A stretch of 64,000 nucleotides of DNA from contig NC_068984.1 of assembly GCF_001194135.2 (NCBI RefSeq), positions 32,828,055 through 32,892,054 of the forward strand, in the 5' to 3' direction. Source of the stretch: Octopus bimaculoides. Lineage: Eukaryota. The position numbers and the translations under genes were made by a program. Numbering within the stretch: the first letter of the stretch is position 1; every line of letters starts with the position of its first letter. Under the pieces are notes generated by a model. The model saw nothing but the letters and a program-made list of their open reading frames with translations, ran no database searches and was not told where the DNA came from. This document shows positions 26,036 through 38,818 of this stretch, one piece after another.

Positions 26036-26774
26036 ATTCTTCTGAGTATTAGTAATGGCGGCTGGTGAAAAAAGAGAAAGAAATTGATGTTGTTTACAAC
26101 AGGACTTACGCGTTTAGTTATTTGTTCTTTATCTTTCTACCTTTCGCTTCTTGATTTCTCAGTATGACTACATATGAGCGTGTGTATGTATTCATATATA
26201 AATGTATATATTCGTATGTATTTTTGCTTGCTTGTATGCGTTTCTGTGTATGTATATGCGTGTGTATGCTTATGTGTTCCTCAATGTAATTGTGTTATGT
26301 GTTTGCATACTGTGTGTCTGTGTTCCTTTCTACTCAGCTTTATGTTCAAGGATTAACGTTATATGCTTTGCTTTATATATTGAGGTCTGTCATTATTCAT
26401 AATCGTCAACAGTTGATGTCGGTTAGCCATTTTCTCTTTGCCATCAAATATTCGAATTCTATAGGAATCGATTTGTTATGTATTTATTTTTATTTTTATC
26501 CAGACATTTCACATACATATACGCAGGTATGCAAGGACACAGTCAAATACATATGCACAATAGCATACGGACACACAAATACGTACATACACAATCACTT
26601 ACACAGAATAATATATAACAACATTCAAAACTTTCTTCTTGATTCTATTTGTGTTTCATCCTCTCCTGCTGTCTCTCTTTCTCCGTTATTCACACATACA
26701 TAAAATCATAGAGATACATATACGTGTATATTATATCTACGTGTAATGGAAATTGTGTTTGCTTATATGTGTAT

Positions 26775-26827
<53 letters not shown>

Positions 26828-27111
26828 NNNNNNNNNNNNNNNNNNNNNNNNNNNNNNNNNNNNNNNNNNNNNNNNNNNNNNNNNNNNNNNNNNTTTTTTT
26901 TTTTTTCTGTGTATGTGTTTGTATATATGTATATATTCCACGTACACGTATGCATATACACTTGTGTACACATACCTACATATACTGCGGAAACATATGC
27001 CTATATAAATATGAATATATACACAGACATACACATGCTCACACATTCATATCTATATATTGTTTATGTGCGTCTATATGGATATACATACGTACATATG
27101 CATATGTGTGC

Positions 27112-27147
<36 letters not shown>

Positions 27148-28111
27148 ACCGTATACGTACATATTTATAAATACACAGATAGATATATACACGCATATAC
27201 GAGTTAGTATTACATATGTATGAATGTCTATAGCTACGAGTGTGTGTTATTACGCACGTGTGTACGTGTAGATTGCTGCACATATATGTATATATATTTA
27301 TACACACGCACATACAAACGCACACACACATATATACATACATATCGCTGTCTTTTTTCTGTGTGTTACTGTTTCTGTAATATTTCTCTATTCTTTATAT
27401 ACAATTGTAGTTATTTTCTTTGTTTTTGCCTCCGCCTTTCACGGTCGCTAACCAAAGATGGATGCAATTTCTGTATTGATTCGGATAAATAGCTGAGTGT
27501 ATGAAGACAGGATCTAGTGTGCAAAAGAGTCTGATAGATGAAGGTATGTAGATGATACAAGAGGAAGAGTACTAGCACGAGAAAAAAAGAGAGATAGAAT
27601 GGAAGAGAATGCTTGAGAGAAGTGAAAGAGGAAAGAAAGTGAGAGATTAAATACGAAGGTGGAATACAAGAAACAAGAAAATTAGAAAATCATAAATATT
27701 AGAGAATGAGCGATAAAGAACTTGAGATATATGTAATGATAGTTGTTTAGTTTAATACATACATATATACATGCATAAGTTAGACAGATAGACAAATACA
27801 CACTGAAAGACAGACCCACAAATAGAAACACAGACAGACGGAGAGGCAGATAGATAGATTATTAGAGAGATTAAAAATCGAGAAAATAGAAAGACAGAAT
27901 AATGTATTGATATAAGGGTTACACCGGCTAATGGAATAAGAGAGAAAGTGTGTTATAGGTTGAAATATAGAAAGCGACAGAAATAAAAGCGTACGTAAAA
28001 CATCATGATGTATTATGAGATGTTTTTACTTTTTCTTTCTATGTGAGGATTATGGAAGAATAGTGTGAATATATAGTGCTCTATGATGAACAATAAATGC
28101 TTGAGAAATCA

Positions 28112-28408
28112 ATAACTAGCTGAGAAAGCTGGGGTTTTGAGAAACGGTTGAAGTGTATGTTTGAGGAAGTGATGTCAGTTCAAAGAGCTGACTAAATAAT
28201 TCATCTAGCTGATATTGCAGAAGCTCTGAGATCTAGGTCAAGTGGACATAATGTTGAGGTAACGGTAACTCATATAAATAATAGTGGGCGAATCCTAGCT
28301 ATGCTTGACAATATTATAGAAAACTGCTCATGTAGAGATGGAAGAAGTATGCTAGCAGCTCAGCACATCCCGGCTGAAGAAGACATCCAATTAATGTCTA
28401 TTTGGTGA
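28112..28408 (+). pseudogene. Possible DIRS-type RNase H remnant
   Basis: One frame with two stops: ITS*ESWGF...VTVTHINNSG...LAAQHIPAEED, compared with the DIRS pattern TDAS..GWG...V.YIN..G...L.A.HIPG..N. Confidence 0.3.
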
Positions 28409-30072
28409 TATGTGAGGATGATTGAAGAATAGAATTTTTACACTAGTCAATCTGCCTGGTAATATTGCTCTTTTATTGTGTGTTAAACAGGCTGTACATT
28501 TGATAGGGGGAAAATGTGTAAATCTTTACGAAGAGCAAAATCATCTGAAGTGAATTCAAACAGGTTCAAAAAGAAATGGAAACGATCACACAAATCGATT
28601 TTGCAGATACTTGCATTCGTAGGTGTTCTTTCCAATCAATCAATTAATATTGTAGCCGAATCAGAAAGACCTAATTTTCATAAAATAATTTATAATGCTC
28701 AGTTTTTCTCTTCTTTCCCTTCAAATTCTGAGTTCAACCTGCTGAAAAGAAATTAGTAAACGGTTGCATGAAATTTTGAAATGAACATTAAATAATAAAT
28801 TCATTCAAGTCTTCTGTATTTGTATAATATTTAACAAAGCACACTCTCTAATGTTTAATATTTTCCATATAAAATATTTTTACATTTATAAATTTATGCC
28901 ATTTGTCACAACATCCGATCCGTTATGTTTGTGAAAAACAGTTATCTTTTTATGTTTTAAACCATCAGTGATTATTTGTTTACTTGCTATATATCCACTT
29001 CGATGACTAGGTTTTCTCTAAGGGTTCTGATGCTTGACTTTGAATGATATCGTCTTTATCTTCGCATTTTCTTTTATGATTTTTGCATTTAGAAAGTGTC
29101 TGGCTTTTTTCGTTACAAGCTATTTTGTTTATAATCCTGTTTTATTATACGTTACTGGTTTTAGAAATGTGTTTATTGCCTTACTTGCTTTATCTACATT
29201 TAATTCTTCAGATTTACATTTTCGATGTTATAAGTGATAGCCAACTGATAACAATTTGTTTGTTTGACAAGGTTTAGTCTTTCTAACGTTGTTGTATAGC
29301 AATGTAGTAACTGTTGCATTTCAATGACCATTGAGATCGTTTGATTGTGCATATCGTTCTTTGGAACTGTAGTTATGGCTGTTTTCTTATAAGTTGCACA
29401 TTTTGTGACTTAAAAGTTGGTGAAAATATCTGGAATATAGATTCTATTGATTGTATTTTTTCCTCTTTTCAGTACATGATAGATCTAACTGAGGTATTTA
29501 CCTTTCATAATAATGCCCTTGCGTACATTTGTTAATACATGTGTCTGTATAACGTTAGATATTATTTTGATACGTGTATGATTCTAGTTTCGTTTTTCCT
29601 TTATACTATACATTTGTGAAACATTACTTATAGTTACGGGAAATGCGGGAAACTTGTTTTCATTTATCAAGTACAAGGTTGGTTTCCTTGTAATTGGTCT
29701 AAAGAAAAAAAAACATGTAGGCGATTTATATTTTACAAAGATATTCGACAACCTCCTACTTCTCCCAACCTTACACTAAAAGACAAAAGTATTTGCAACT
29801 TTCTGACGCATGCAGAATTTTTTGTTTCGGCAATTTCAAAGATGAATCACTCTGATTCATGATAGCAAACACCCCCTTCCCACCCCAATAATGCACTTAG
29901 TTTACCTATATTTGTCCTGCTAGTAGCTATGCACTTTGCTTCTTTTACAAACAATCATTTAACACGTTTTTATGCCAACTTTATCAGCATGCACAATATA
30001 ATTAATCAAATGCAATAGCTCTAAATTCAGACTTATAACACGATAAGATGCAGCGAATAATAATCACGTGAT

Positions 30073-30444
30073 TTGTTGTTGTTGGCACTCCGTCGCTTAC
30101 GACGTCGAGGGTTCCACTTGATCCGATCAATGGAATAGCGTGCAAGTGGCTGAGCACTCCACAGACACGTGTACCCTTAACGTAGTTCTCGGGGATATTC
30201 AGCGTGACACAATGTGACAAGGCTGGCCCTTTGAAATACAGGTACAACAGAAACAGGAAGTAAGAGTGAGAGAAAGTTGTGGTGGAAGAGTACAACAGGG
30301 TTCGCCACCATCCCCTGTCGGAGCCTAGTGGAGCTTTAGGTGTTTTCGCTCAATAAACATTCACAACGCCCGATCTGGGAATCGAAACGGCGATCCTATG
30401 ATCGCGAGTCTGCTGCCCTAACCACTGGGCCATTGCGCCTCCAC
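30073..30444 (-). mobile_element. Full-length tRNA(Arg)-like SINE (family C; resembles octopus OR-type SINEs)
   Basis: Head GTGGAGGCGCAATGGCCCAGTGGTTAGGGCAGCAGACTCGCGATC...GTTTCGATTCC (TCG in the loop), (CAA)n tail, and an 11-bp TSD AATCACGTGAT (30062-72) / AATGACGTGAT (30445-55). Confidence 0.9.
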
Positions 30445-30996
30445 AATGACGTGATAACACCTAGAAATAAAGCAGAAGATTATTAAAATGTATTAGAATA
30501 TATAATACTTATCGAAAATATATAATTTTAAATAAAACGCTATTTCTGGTAGTCACATGTAAAAATATTTACAGCAAATTTCAATATATGAACATATGTG
30601 TAATATGATTTTCACTGAAAACTTTGATGTACTTGTCTAAAACAATTCCTAGTTTCATTGAGGTACATATTAATATCACTATTAAGCTTGCTCCTGACTA
30701 AATTTTAACAATTTTCTCCGATGTGAAAAAGGGAAAAATCATTGAATTCTACAATAATGCATTCTCTATATTTTAGTCACGATATTTCAATGGCGTATGC
30801 GTTTGTCTTATGTAAACAATGGGATTTCAAAGAAGCCGGCAGCGTTCATATCGTCCGAAAGGCATCTTACAAAGATGTACGTAATTATATGCAAAAGTTG
30901 GCAAGAAACATATGGCCATGACTAGAGTTTTAGTTTCAGTCAGGCATTTTATCTACGTTAGACATTTTGTTATAGACATTTAACTATATGTATATG

Positions 30997-30998
30997 CA

Positions 30999-31065
<67 letters not shown>

Positions 31066-31197
31066 ATGTCTGTCTGTCTGTCTGTCTGTCTGCTACTCTG
31101 TCAATCTACCTCTCTACGTATCTATCGATCTATCCATTTATCTCTTCCTCCCTCCATCCATTCATCCAACCATCTATATACCCATCTGACAAACTGC

Positions 31198-31246
<49 letters not shown>

Positions 31247-31556
31247 GATCGATCGATCGATCTATCGATCTGGTTGTCTGTCTGTCTGATTGTCTGTCTG
31301 CCTGTTTACTTGTTGGTTGTCTGTCTGTCTGTCTGGTTGTCTGCCTGCCTGCTTACTTTTCTGTCTGTTTGTTTGTCTGTCTGTCTGATTGTCTTTCTGC
31401 CTGTTTGCTTGTCTGTCTGTCTGCCACTCTGTCAATCTACCGACCTACGTATCTATCAATGTGTCTATCTATCTATACATCCATTTCTCCCTCCATCCGT
31501 CTTTCTGTTTGCCTGTCTGCCTGTCTGCCTGTCTGCCTGTCAATCTATCTATCCAT
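30997..31556. repeat. (TATC)n/(TGTC)n/(TGCC)n degenerate tetranucleotide array
   Basis: Read directly. Confidence 0.92.
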
Positions 31557-32540
31557 AGACTGGAGTCGCAGGGAGGCTCAAAGAATTGTGCGTTGAAGAG
31601 GTAGGATGGTGGGGTGGTAGGTGAGGGGAAAGGGGAGACGGGATACGGCGGGGCAGGGGCGGGGGTGAAAGCAGATGCACGGTCCACAGATCGTGCTCTG
31701 GCAAGGACGGTGTGGATAGTGGTGAGGGGATATCCACGTAGGATGAAGTGGTGAGCAATGAGTTGAGACTGAGTCTCAAAGTCATGGTCGTCACAGCAGC
31801 GCCTGCGTAGACGGAGGAATTGGAAATCGGGGATCGAAAGCTTGGTGTGTTTAGGGTGGGATGAGAAGAAGTTGAAGCAATATTGTGAGTCTGTGAGTTT
31901 GTAGTGGATGGAGGTGGTGGGAGTGGAGTGATGAATGCTGACCGATATGTTAAGAAAGGAGACAGATGTGTCAGAGATAGTGCAGGAAAAGTGGAGGGTA
32001 GGATGGAAAGATTTGACAAAAGAGAGGAAGGAGTCTAGATGTTCGCGGGAGAGTGAGGTGGCACCGATACAGACGTCAATATAACAGCCGTATAGTTCGG
32101 GAGTGGGATCAGTGAAACTTGAGAATATTTGGGCCTCAACGTAGCCAGCGAACAGGTTCGCATAATTGGAGCACATTCTCGTTCCCATGACCACTCCCAA
32201 ATGGCTGATAAAAATCACCAGCGAATGAGAAGCAGTTGAGTGAGAGGACAAGTTCGGCCAGACGAACTAGTGTGGATGTGTCAGGTTGGGGGTTGGGTTG
32301 TAGGTCGAGAAAATGCTGGAGTGCACGCAGCTCCACATGGTGAGGGATCACCGTGTAAAGCTCTAAATGTCGAGAGTGAAGAGAAGTTTAGGGGGACCAG
32401 GAGTAAAGGAGAAAGAGTTGAACAAGCGAAGCGCATGGTTGGTGTCATGGATATGATAGGGGAGGGAAGCCACTTGGGGAACAAGGACACAGTCAAGATA
32501 TATGAAGATGAGTTCGATGGGGCAATTCGCCTGTGTGTAT
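31557..32540 (-). pseudogene. Penelope-like element reverse transcriptase fragment (Neptune-like)
   Basis: DTNHALRLF..LFTLDI; IPH..LVRLAELVLSLNCFSF; G.VMGTRM..NYANLFAGYVE; YIDV; FLNISV; HYKLTDS; SSHP; QFLRLRRRC; RGYP; TYHPT. Frameshifts present; no GIY-YIG domain seen. Confidence 0.92.
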
Positions 32541-32554
32541 GTATATATTTCAAA

Positions 32555-32975
32555 AATATTTTTTATCTTTTACTTGCTTCAGTAATTAGACTGCAGCCAC
32601 GCTGGGTCACCGCCTTGAAGAATTTTTAGTCCTATATATCATCATAGACGTTTATTGGAACCTGGTACTTATTCTGTTAGTGCCTTTTGCCGAACTGCAA
32701 AGGCCACGAGGGCGTAAACACCCCAACAGTGGTTATCATACGGTGGTAGGGACAAACGCAGAAACAATCACACACACATGCGCACACACTCACACACATA
32801 TATGTGCCGGGATTCTTTCAGTTTCCGACTACCAAATTCACTTAGAGGGCATTTATGGGCCCGGGGCTATTCTGGAAGACGCTCGTGTAAGGTGCAACGC
32901 GGTAAGAGTGGACCGGGAGCCATGTGGTTGGGAAGCAATCTTCTCACCACAGAGCCACGCCTGAGGCTATGTCTA
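32555..32975 (-). mobile_element. Full-length SINE family B with internal (CA)/(TG) microsatellite
   Basis: tRNA-like head near 32975, GGTAGTCGGAAACTGAAAGAAT core, internal dinucleotide tract, and 3' part ending ...GAAGCAAGTAAAAGATAAAAA. Confidence 0.88.
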
Positions 32976-33537
32976 TAATTTCTCTTTTGACACGAACTCC
33001 TTATCGATATGAGACTTACGTATCTGTTCTAAGGCAATGCAAAAGTAAACAAGATGTTACTAGGCAATAGCATTAGTTTTTTTTTTGTTTTTACACAGAT
33101 AATTAACGATAATAACTTCAATATACATTCATTAACTATTCCTGTCATTTATTGTTTTTCAAATGTATGTACACACACATATATACACACTCACGCGCAC
33201 ACGTATACATCCATCCTTATATATATGAGTGTATATACATCCATATATATNNNNNNNNNNATATGCGTAAGTATGTATTATGTATATTTAGTGAGGGTTG
33301 CTTGTTCGCAATTTTACAACCGAATGGTTTAACCCAAGGCGCTAGGCGAGAGCCACTGAAGAGCCTTAATATAAATTCAAGTCACTGTGATCTGGCTATT
33401 CCTAGGCGCTGAGGATGCTTGCTTCCCTTGTCAGTCATTAAGATAAGGTGTTTTTTGTGGCTATGAGTTGTCTTAACTTTTACTTCTAGCAATACTGGTG
33501 CTGACTGGTGCCCTCGGCCATTTTAGATTTTAGTGAC

Positions 33538-33577
<40 letters not shown>

Positions 33578-33580
<3 letters not shown>

Positions 33581-33658
33581 GGACGTGCCGCTTAGGCAGG
33601 CAGTGCCTACCTTGAATGAAATAGATCGACCACAATATGCGTCTAATTCAATGAAATG

Positions 33659-33694
<36 letters not shown>

Positions 33695-33920
33695 TTTGTA
33701 GTTTAGGTAGGCATAATTCTGACCTGGCTCTCAATCTCAGTATACGAGCTGCGCATAGTATTGCTGTAGTACATGTGCTCCGTAACTCTTATAACAATGT
33801 TTTATTTAAGTGCTATTAAGGCAGAAGTAAATCAGCCTTCAACTCGCATGTTTTTGTGTCTTTTACTACATAAATGTCACCAACTGCCTACCCTAAGTAA
33901 TTACTGAAAGCACGTGCCTT
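33578..33920. mobile_element. Putative hAT-type MITE
   Basis: Left end CAGGGACGTGCCGCTTAGGCAGGCAG; right end reverse complement AAGGCACGTGC...CTTAGGGTAGGCAG. TSD not resolved. Confidence 0.45.
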
Positions 33921-34082
33921 CTCTTGGGGATGGTAGACACTAAACATCATCCGAAGGTAAGGATATAGTTCTGGAGTTCTGGAGTTGTTAGGAGCGTGGC
34001 GTGACCCCTTAATTGCTATTACTGCCATTTCATTTATGACAGAAAATTAGTACATTATTTACATTAGACCGATATTTGTCCT

Positions 34083-34213
34083 TATCTTGTTTGTTGTTAA
34101 CACAACGTTTCGGCTGATATACCCTCTAGCCTTCTTCTTCTTCTTCTTCTTCTTCTTCTTCTTCTTCTTCTTCTTCTTCTTCTTCTTCTTCTTCTTCTTC
34201 TTCTTCTTCTTCT

Positions 34214-34260
<47 letters not shown>

Positions 34261-34490
34261 TTCTTCTTCTTCTTCTTCTTCTTCTTCTTCTTCTTGGCGT
34301 TAGTAGCCCGCTTTTAACCACTTCGCCTTATGTCCGTGGGCAATTAGGGAGTGAATTTTAGAACTTATAAATCTAATATTCTCTTATCTTTCTTTAATAC
34401 CGATTCCCATATCCTATTCATATCTGCTCTCGGTCTGCTTAGGAGGGTCTTGTGTCCTAGCATATGTGCTGTTTCTTTTCGCTCCATTGA
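34083..34490 (-). mobile_element. Second copy of the PLE-tail/tRNA-like element, with (GAA)n array and half hammerhead motif
   Basis: 34296-34490 aligns with 7040-7210. The minus strand then reads (AAG)~55 GAAGAAGGCTAGAGGGTATATCAGCCGAAACGTT. Confidence 0.7.
34131..34295. repeat. (TTC)n/(GAA)n microsatellite, about 55 units
   Basis: Read directly; one interruption. Confidence 0.98.
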
Positions 34491-35129
34491 ATCCAACCAA
34501 AGTCCCAACCAGTGAAGCACTATCGGTGATTCAAGAAAAACTAGTTTTAGACATCCGTCTAGGGGTGGAAGGAAAATTCAGATCCTTACTGCATCGTCAA
34601 TAGAGTGAAAAAAATTAAGATAATATGATATGAGTGTTGTTCTTCAAATATTTGGAGTAAATACAAAACGCGATCTAAAATAATGTTCCAGTGAATCGGA
34701 GATGGTGGAGGTGAACTCCAAAGATGAGTGGGATTTGATAATGAAAGGAATGAAGGCAGTAAATTTTCCCTACAGAACAGAGTAGCATTATTGCCCCTAT
34801 AAATGTAACGGACGTCCATTTATGAGATAAATCCCGTGGATTCTGCTTAATCATGGCATAATTTTATTATATTTTAAATAATTACAAGCTCATTGAAGAG
34901 ATTCGTTGTGGTGACTGGTCGAATTAAATATACCAACCTATTCCGCTCATTACACTTCTTAAAATAAGCTATATGGCTAATACAGGCCAACGAACACTGT
35001 GTCAACCAGACGGAATGAGCATGCCGATTATGTCGAAATATCAAGAACAATAAATCTCTGGATGAACTGAGATTGTTTCTAAAATCACATTCACATAGCG
35101 GCACACTCACTCACGCACGCACATACACT

Positions 35130-35790
35130 TATATATGCCCATTGCTCGATCTTCAAAGATGATTCCCTTAACTCTGAGCTTCCTCGTTGTCAATACCATA
35201 TCTGACCTTCTGTCTGTGACCTGCCAGATCATATTTAGTAACGCTCAGATCTGCATTGTTTGAAGCGATAGGAGAAGACGAAAGCTGTGACTTCCACTCG
35301 CTTGATCGGATCACTTTAAAATATATGATGTCTATGAACTACATGTGTCTCCAAAACCGAAATCTACTTGGAAGCCCTTTCACACACTACAACATCAAAT
35401 CACTCCTTCTAAGAAGAAGGACATAGCATACAGTTGATCTTCAATTGGAATTCAAGATTGCTGACATATGCAAATTCTGAAAGGTGTATATGGCCGCACA
35501 TTTCACAACTGCACCACTTTATGTATTTACTGATGTTCTCATGACATCCACTCCTAAACCAGCACTTTAGGCTTTCGTGCTCAAAGTGAAACACTTCAAA
35601 ACGTTTTTTAACTTTCCCTTTTTCAGTTCCTCCACTCAGCTCTTTCCTTATTTCTTTACAGTGATTTTCACTACTTTAAGTTGCGTTTTATGCGGTCTTT
35701 GTACTTTTTTTGTGGTTTGTGTTGAGGGCGCTTTGCAGTGCACCGGTCATTGTAGAACGGTTGCTTTCGAATCCTATTATCTTCCATATA
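35130..35790 (-). pseudogene. RTE-clade LINE 3' remnant
   Basis: KRPQHKPQKKYKDRIKRNLK and CEMCGHIHLS..AYVS, resembling the RTE C-terminal basic motif and C2H2-like finger. Confidence 0.55.
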
Positions 35791-36168
35791 CACAAAGTGG
35801 CTTGCCTAACGTATCAGAGAAGATTTGATGAGTGTGTGGATACTTGTGCATGATGGATATGCAAGGACGTCTGTATCAGGTGTTTTACTTTGTTACATGA
35901 CGTTGAGTATTTGTCTCAAATATATTTGATGAAAGCATTCAACCATCTTGAGATGTCTACGGTGTATTCACCATGTTTCAGAAGTGCACTAAACAGCCAC
36001 TAATAAGTGTAAACATACAGTTTCGTTTTGTTTGTAACGCTGCAATTGCCCAGAAACAGAAAAAAAAAGCAGAAAGAAAAAAAACGGCAGACAAGCAGAT
36101 TAGTAGACGCAATGAAAGAAAGAGAGATAGATAGAAAGACAGACAGACAGACAGACAGATAGACAGAC

Positions 36169-36215
<47 letters not shown>

Positions 36216-36216
36216 T

Positions 36217-36247
<31 letters not shown>

Positions 36248-37468
36248 TATATATAGATAGACAGATAGATAATGGTACACTAGAATGAAATGAATATCCG
36301 CTTGGTCGGCATTGATATAATATGGCATCAAATTATTATATTTTGTTTAACGTTTGAAATATTTACGTTGTTGAGTCTTGTTCCTTGCACAAGGAATAAT
36401 ATTTAAAGATTATAGAATACTCGTGTATTCTGGTACATTACGCATTTAAAATGGAATGGAATTCCAATATTTTTTGCGATAATAGTTTTGTTTATCTATC
36501 TAGATTTATAATTAGAAAGAAAAATTTATAAATGCTGAATACCTCTATGAAATCGCACGAAGTTTACCACAAGAATAAAAGAATCTCGTTATAGGAACTG
36601 AAATTTTAATGCAAACTTTTGAGTATAACGGACTCAGTCGCCTTCTCCTGTGTAGCTTAGAGCTTAAAACAGTCCCAAATTCCCATGTTAGGTATATGCG
36701 GATCGACATAAATATATGCATGAATATATTAATATATATTTATAAATAATGAAATACATATATACATACATAGAAAGTATTATAAATATATATATGTATA
36801 ATTATGTGTGTGTATATGTGTAAGAGAAAGACTGGTGTACTTTGAATACTGATAAGTTTAAACATGTCCATACACATGAATTATTGATTTATGTGTATAC
36901 AATTACAGAAAATAATATTACCATTGCTAAACACATATCTATTAAAATACAAAGATACACACACATGAATATACAATTTATATACACGTGTGTGCGCGTG
37001 TGCGCGCGCGTTGTTGAATATGTATAGAACCGATCACCCACAAATAGGTGCATACATATACATGCACCCACCCATGTCTATTCATATTAAAATATGTATA
37101 ATTTCAATTTCGTATGAAATCCACAAGTTCATAGACGAGGAAAATAAATATACGACTTATAGAGATAAGCGACGAATGAATAAAATATATAATTCCACTT
37201 TTACAGATAATATGGTCTCTGAATTATGTATATCTAAGCGAAATGTCTGAAAAAATACATGAATATATGTAACCAAACCATACCCACATGTGCCAAAAAA
37301 TGTTGACGACGGCAGTGTATTTTAATATGTACATTACGTTATGTCCCTTATATATGTATTATAGTAATTATCTTGTTTACTCCGATGTAGATCATAACAA
37401 ATTCAACTTAATTATGAAAATTTATTCTATATTAAAATTAAGTAGCAATTAAAAACGTAATAGTTCAG

Positions 37469-37546
<78 letters not shown>
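37469..37546. repeat. (TCTA)n microsatellite
   Basis: Read directly. Confidence 0.97.
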
Positions 37547-37765
37547 ATGAAACTTACTGAAACTTCCACAAGCTTACCTTCAGCAGAGAGTCTTACGAAA
37601 TCACCCTCAATCTCTTCCTTATAAGGTTTATAAATATCTACTCAACAAAACGTATTGAGTAACCCTTCAGTTTAATGTGAACTTGTTGTCATACATAAAT
37701 GTATGTATATTTATATACAAATATACATATATATACGTACATAAATACACACACACACACGCACG

Positions 37766-37803
<38 letters not shown>

Positions 37804-38494
37804 TATAATCCACAAGCAATACCTCACCAAAACACAAAGGGTAAATTTTCTAAATAATAATTAAAGAACATCAAGAACAATTTATTCCTAATTAGAAATT
37901 TCTATACAAAAATTCCCTCACCAAAAGCTGACACGCCTAAAGAAACAAACTTAATGACAAACTTAATGACAAACTTTTATATGCATGACTGAACTTTGAA
38001 TAACAACTTCAACTTTCCCAAAACAAACAGCTTAAATCTTCACAACAGTGTTTAGATAGCATTAATAACATTATTGAAGTCTAAGAAATAACCCGAGGGA
38101 CTGTAACTGACACACATATAAAGATAAAACGGATTGGGAAGTTTTACATACATGAATGAACTTTGGACTATAACACAACTTCAATTTTCATCCAACTACA
38201 ACCTATAATATCTCCATGCACATATGTATGCATATTTTATGCATCAAGGCCAATCATATTCCTTTCTTTATTTACATCATTATCTTCATATCAGCTGACC
38301 TGGATTCCTCTTATAGCCACTCTTTACCCAGCGGATTTAATGTTTGGAGTGAAAGTTCAAATCCTTTTAGGACTACTACGTGTTTTCTGTATTAAACATT
38401 CCTGGATCTCACTTATTTACTCTCCCTCACCCTTTCTCTCTTTCTCTCTCTTTGTATATAGATATATATAATTGTTTACACACAGAATCATGTG

Positions 38495-38650
38495 CGAGTA
38501 TGTAACAAGAAGTTTGTTTCCTTACCACAAAGCACCAGATTCTGTGTCACTGCGAGGGAACTTGGGCAAGTGTCTTGTACTATTATATTATGTCCCTGTC
38601 TGTCCCAAACGTTGTGAATGGATCTGGTAGACATAAAAAGAGAAAGAATT
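38495..38650 (+). mobile_element. SINE family B 5' part, degraded
   Basis: CTTGGGCAAGTGTCTTGTACTATTATA...GTGAATGGATCTGGTAGAC. Confidence 0.7.
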
Positions 38651-38746
38651 CTGTCGTGTGTATGTGTGTATGTGTGTGAGTGTCTGTGTGTGTGTGCATC
38701 GTTGGCGATTTTCTTTCTCTGTCTTCCTCTCTTTGAACTTTTCCTA

Positions 38747-38818
38747 TATTTCTGACGAAGAGCTCCGCTCGAAACGTGAAATCCTCTTTCTTTTCTTTCC
38801 TTTCCTGAGCGTCCAATA
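38747..38818 (+). ncRNA. Type I hammerhead ribozyme motif (PLE-terminus type)
   Basis: TATTT-CTGACGA-A-GAGC(TCC)GCTC-GAAACGT...GCGTC|CAATA. Core, stem II, stem III and a 4-bp stem I can all be drawn. Confidence 0.65.

Noticed and set aside
24235-26068. Poly-S/L/F/T/V ORFs of 200-290 aa
   Set aside because: Translations of trinucleotide repeats with no domain content.
28699-28744. Strong minus-strand acceptor (CTAATTTCTTTTCAG) leading to RLNSEFEGKEEKN*
   Set aside because: All frames stop within 45 nt, there is no phase-compatible upstream exon, and such sites are common in AT-rich DNA.
29000-29560. Possible LINE ORF1 zinc-knuckle remnant (minus strand)
   Set aside because: Cys/His spacing is not preserved well enough.
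30988-31604. LSIY/CLSV-repeat ORFs
   Set aside because: Tetranucleotide microsatellite translations.
33330-33420. CTGAAGAGCCT...AGGC possible hammerhead
   Set aside because: No GAAA after the stem and stem III cannot be drawn.
34740-35000. Possible Helitron helicase remnant (SIIAPIN)
   Set aside because: Only one short motif, insufficient to call.
37578-37637. 60-nt minus-strand candidate exon (IYKPYKEEIEGDFVRLSAE, donor GTAAGC)
   Set aside because: Weak acceptor, no recognised homology and no compatible partner exon.
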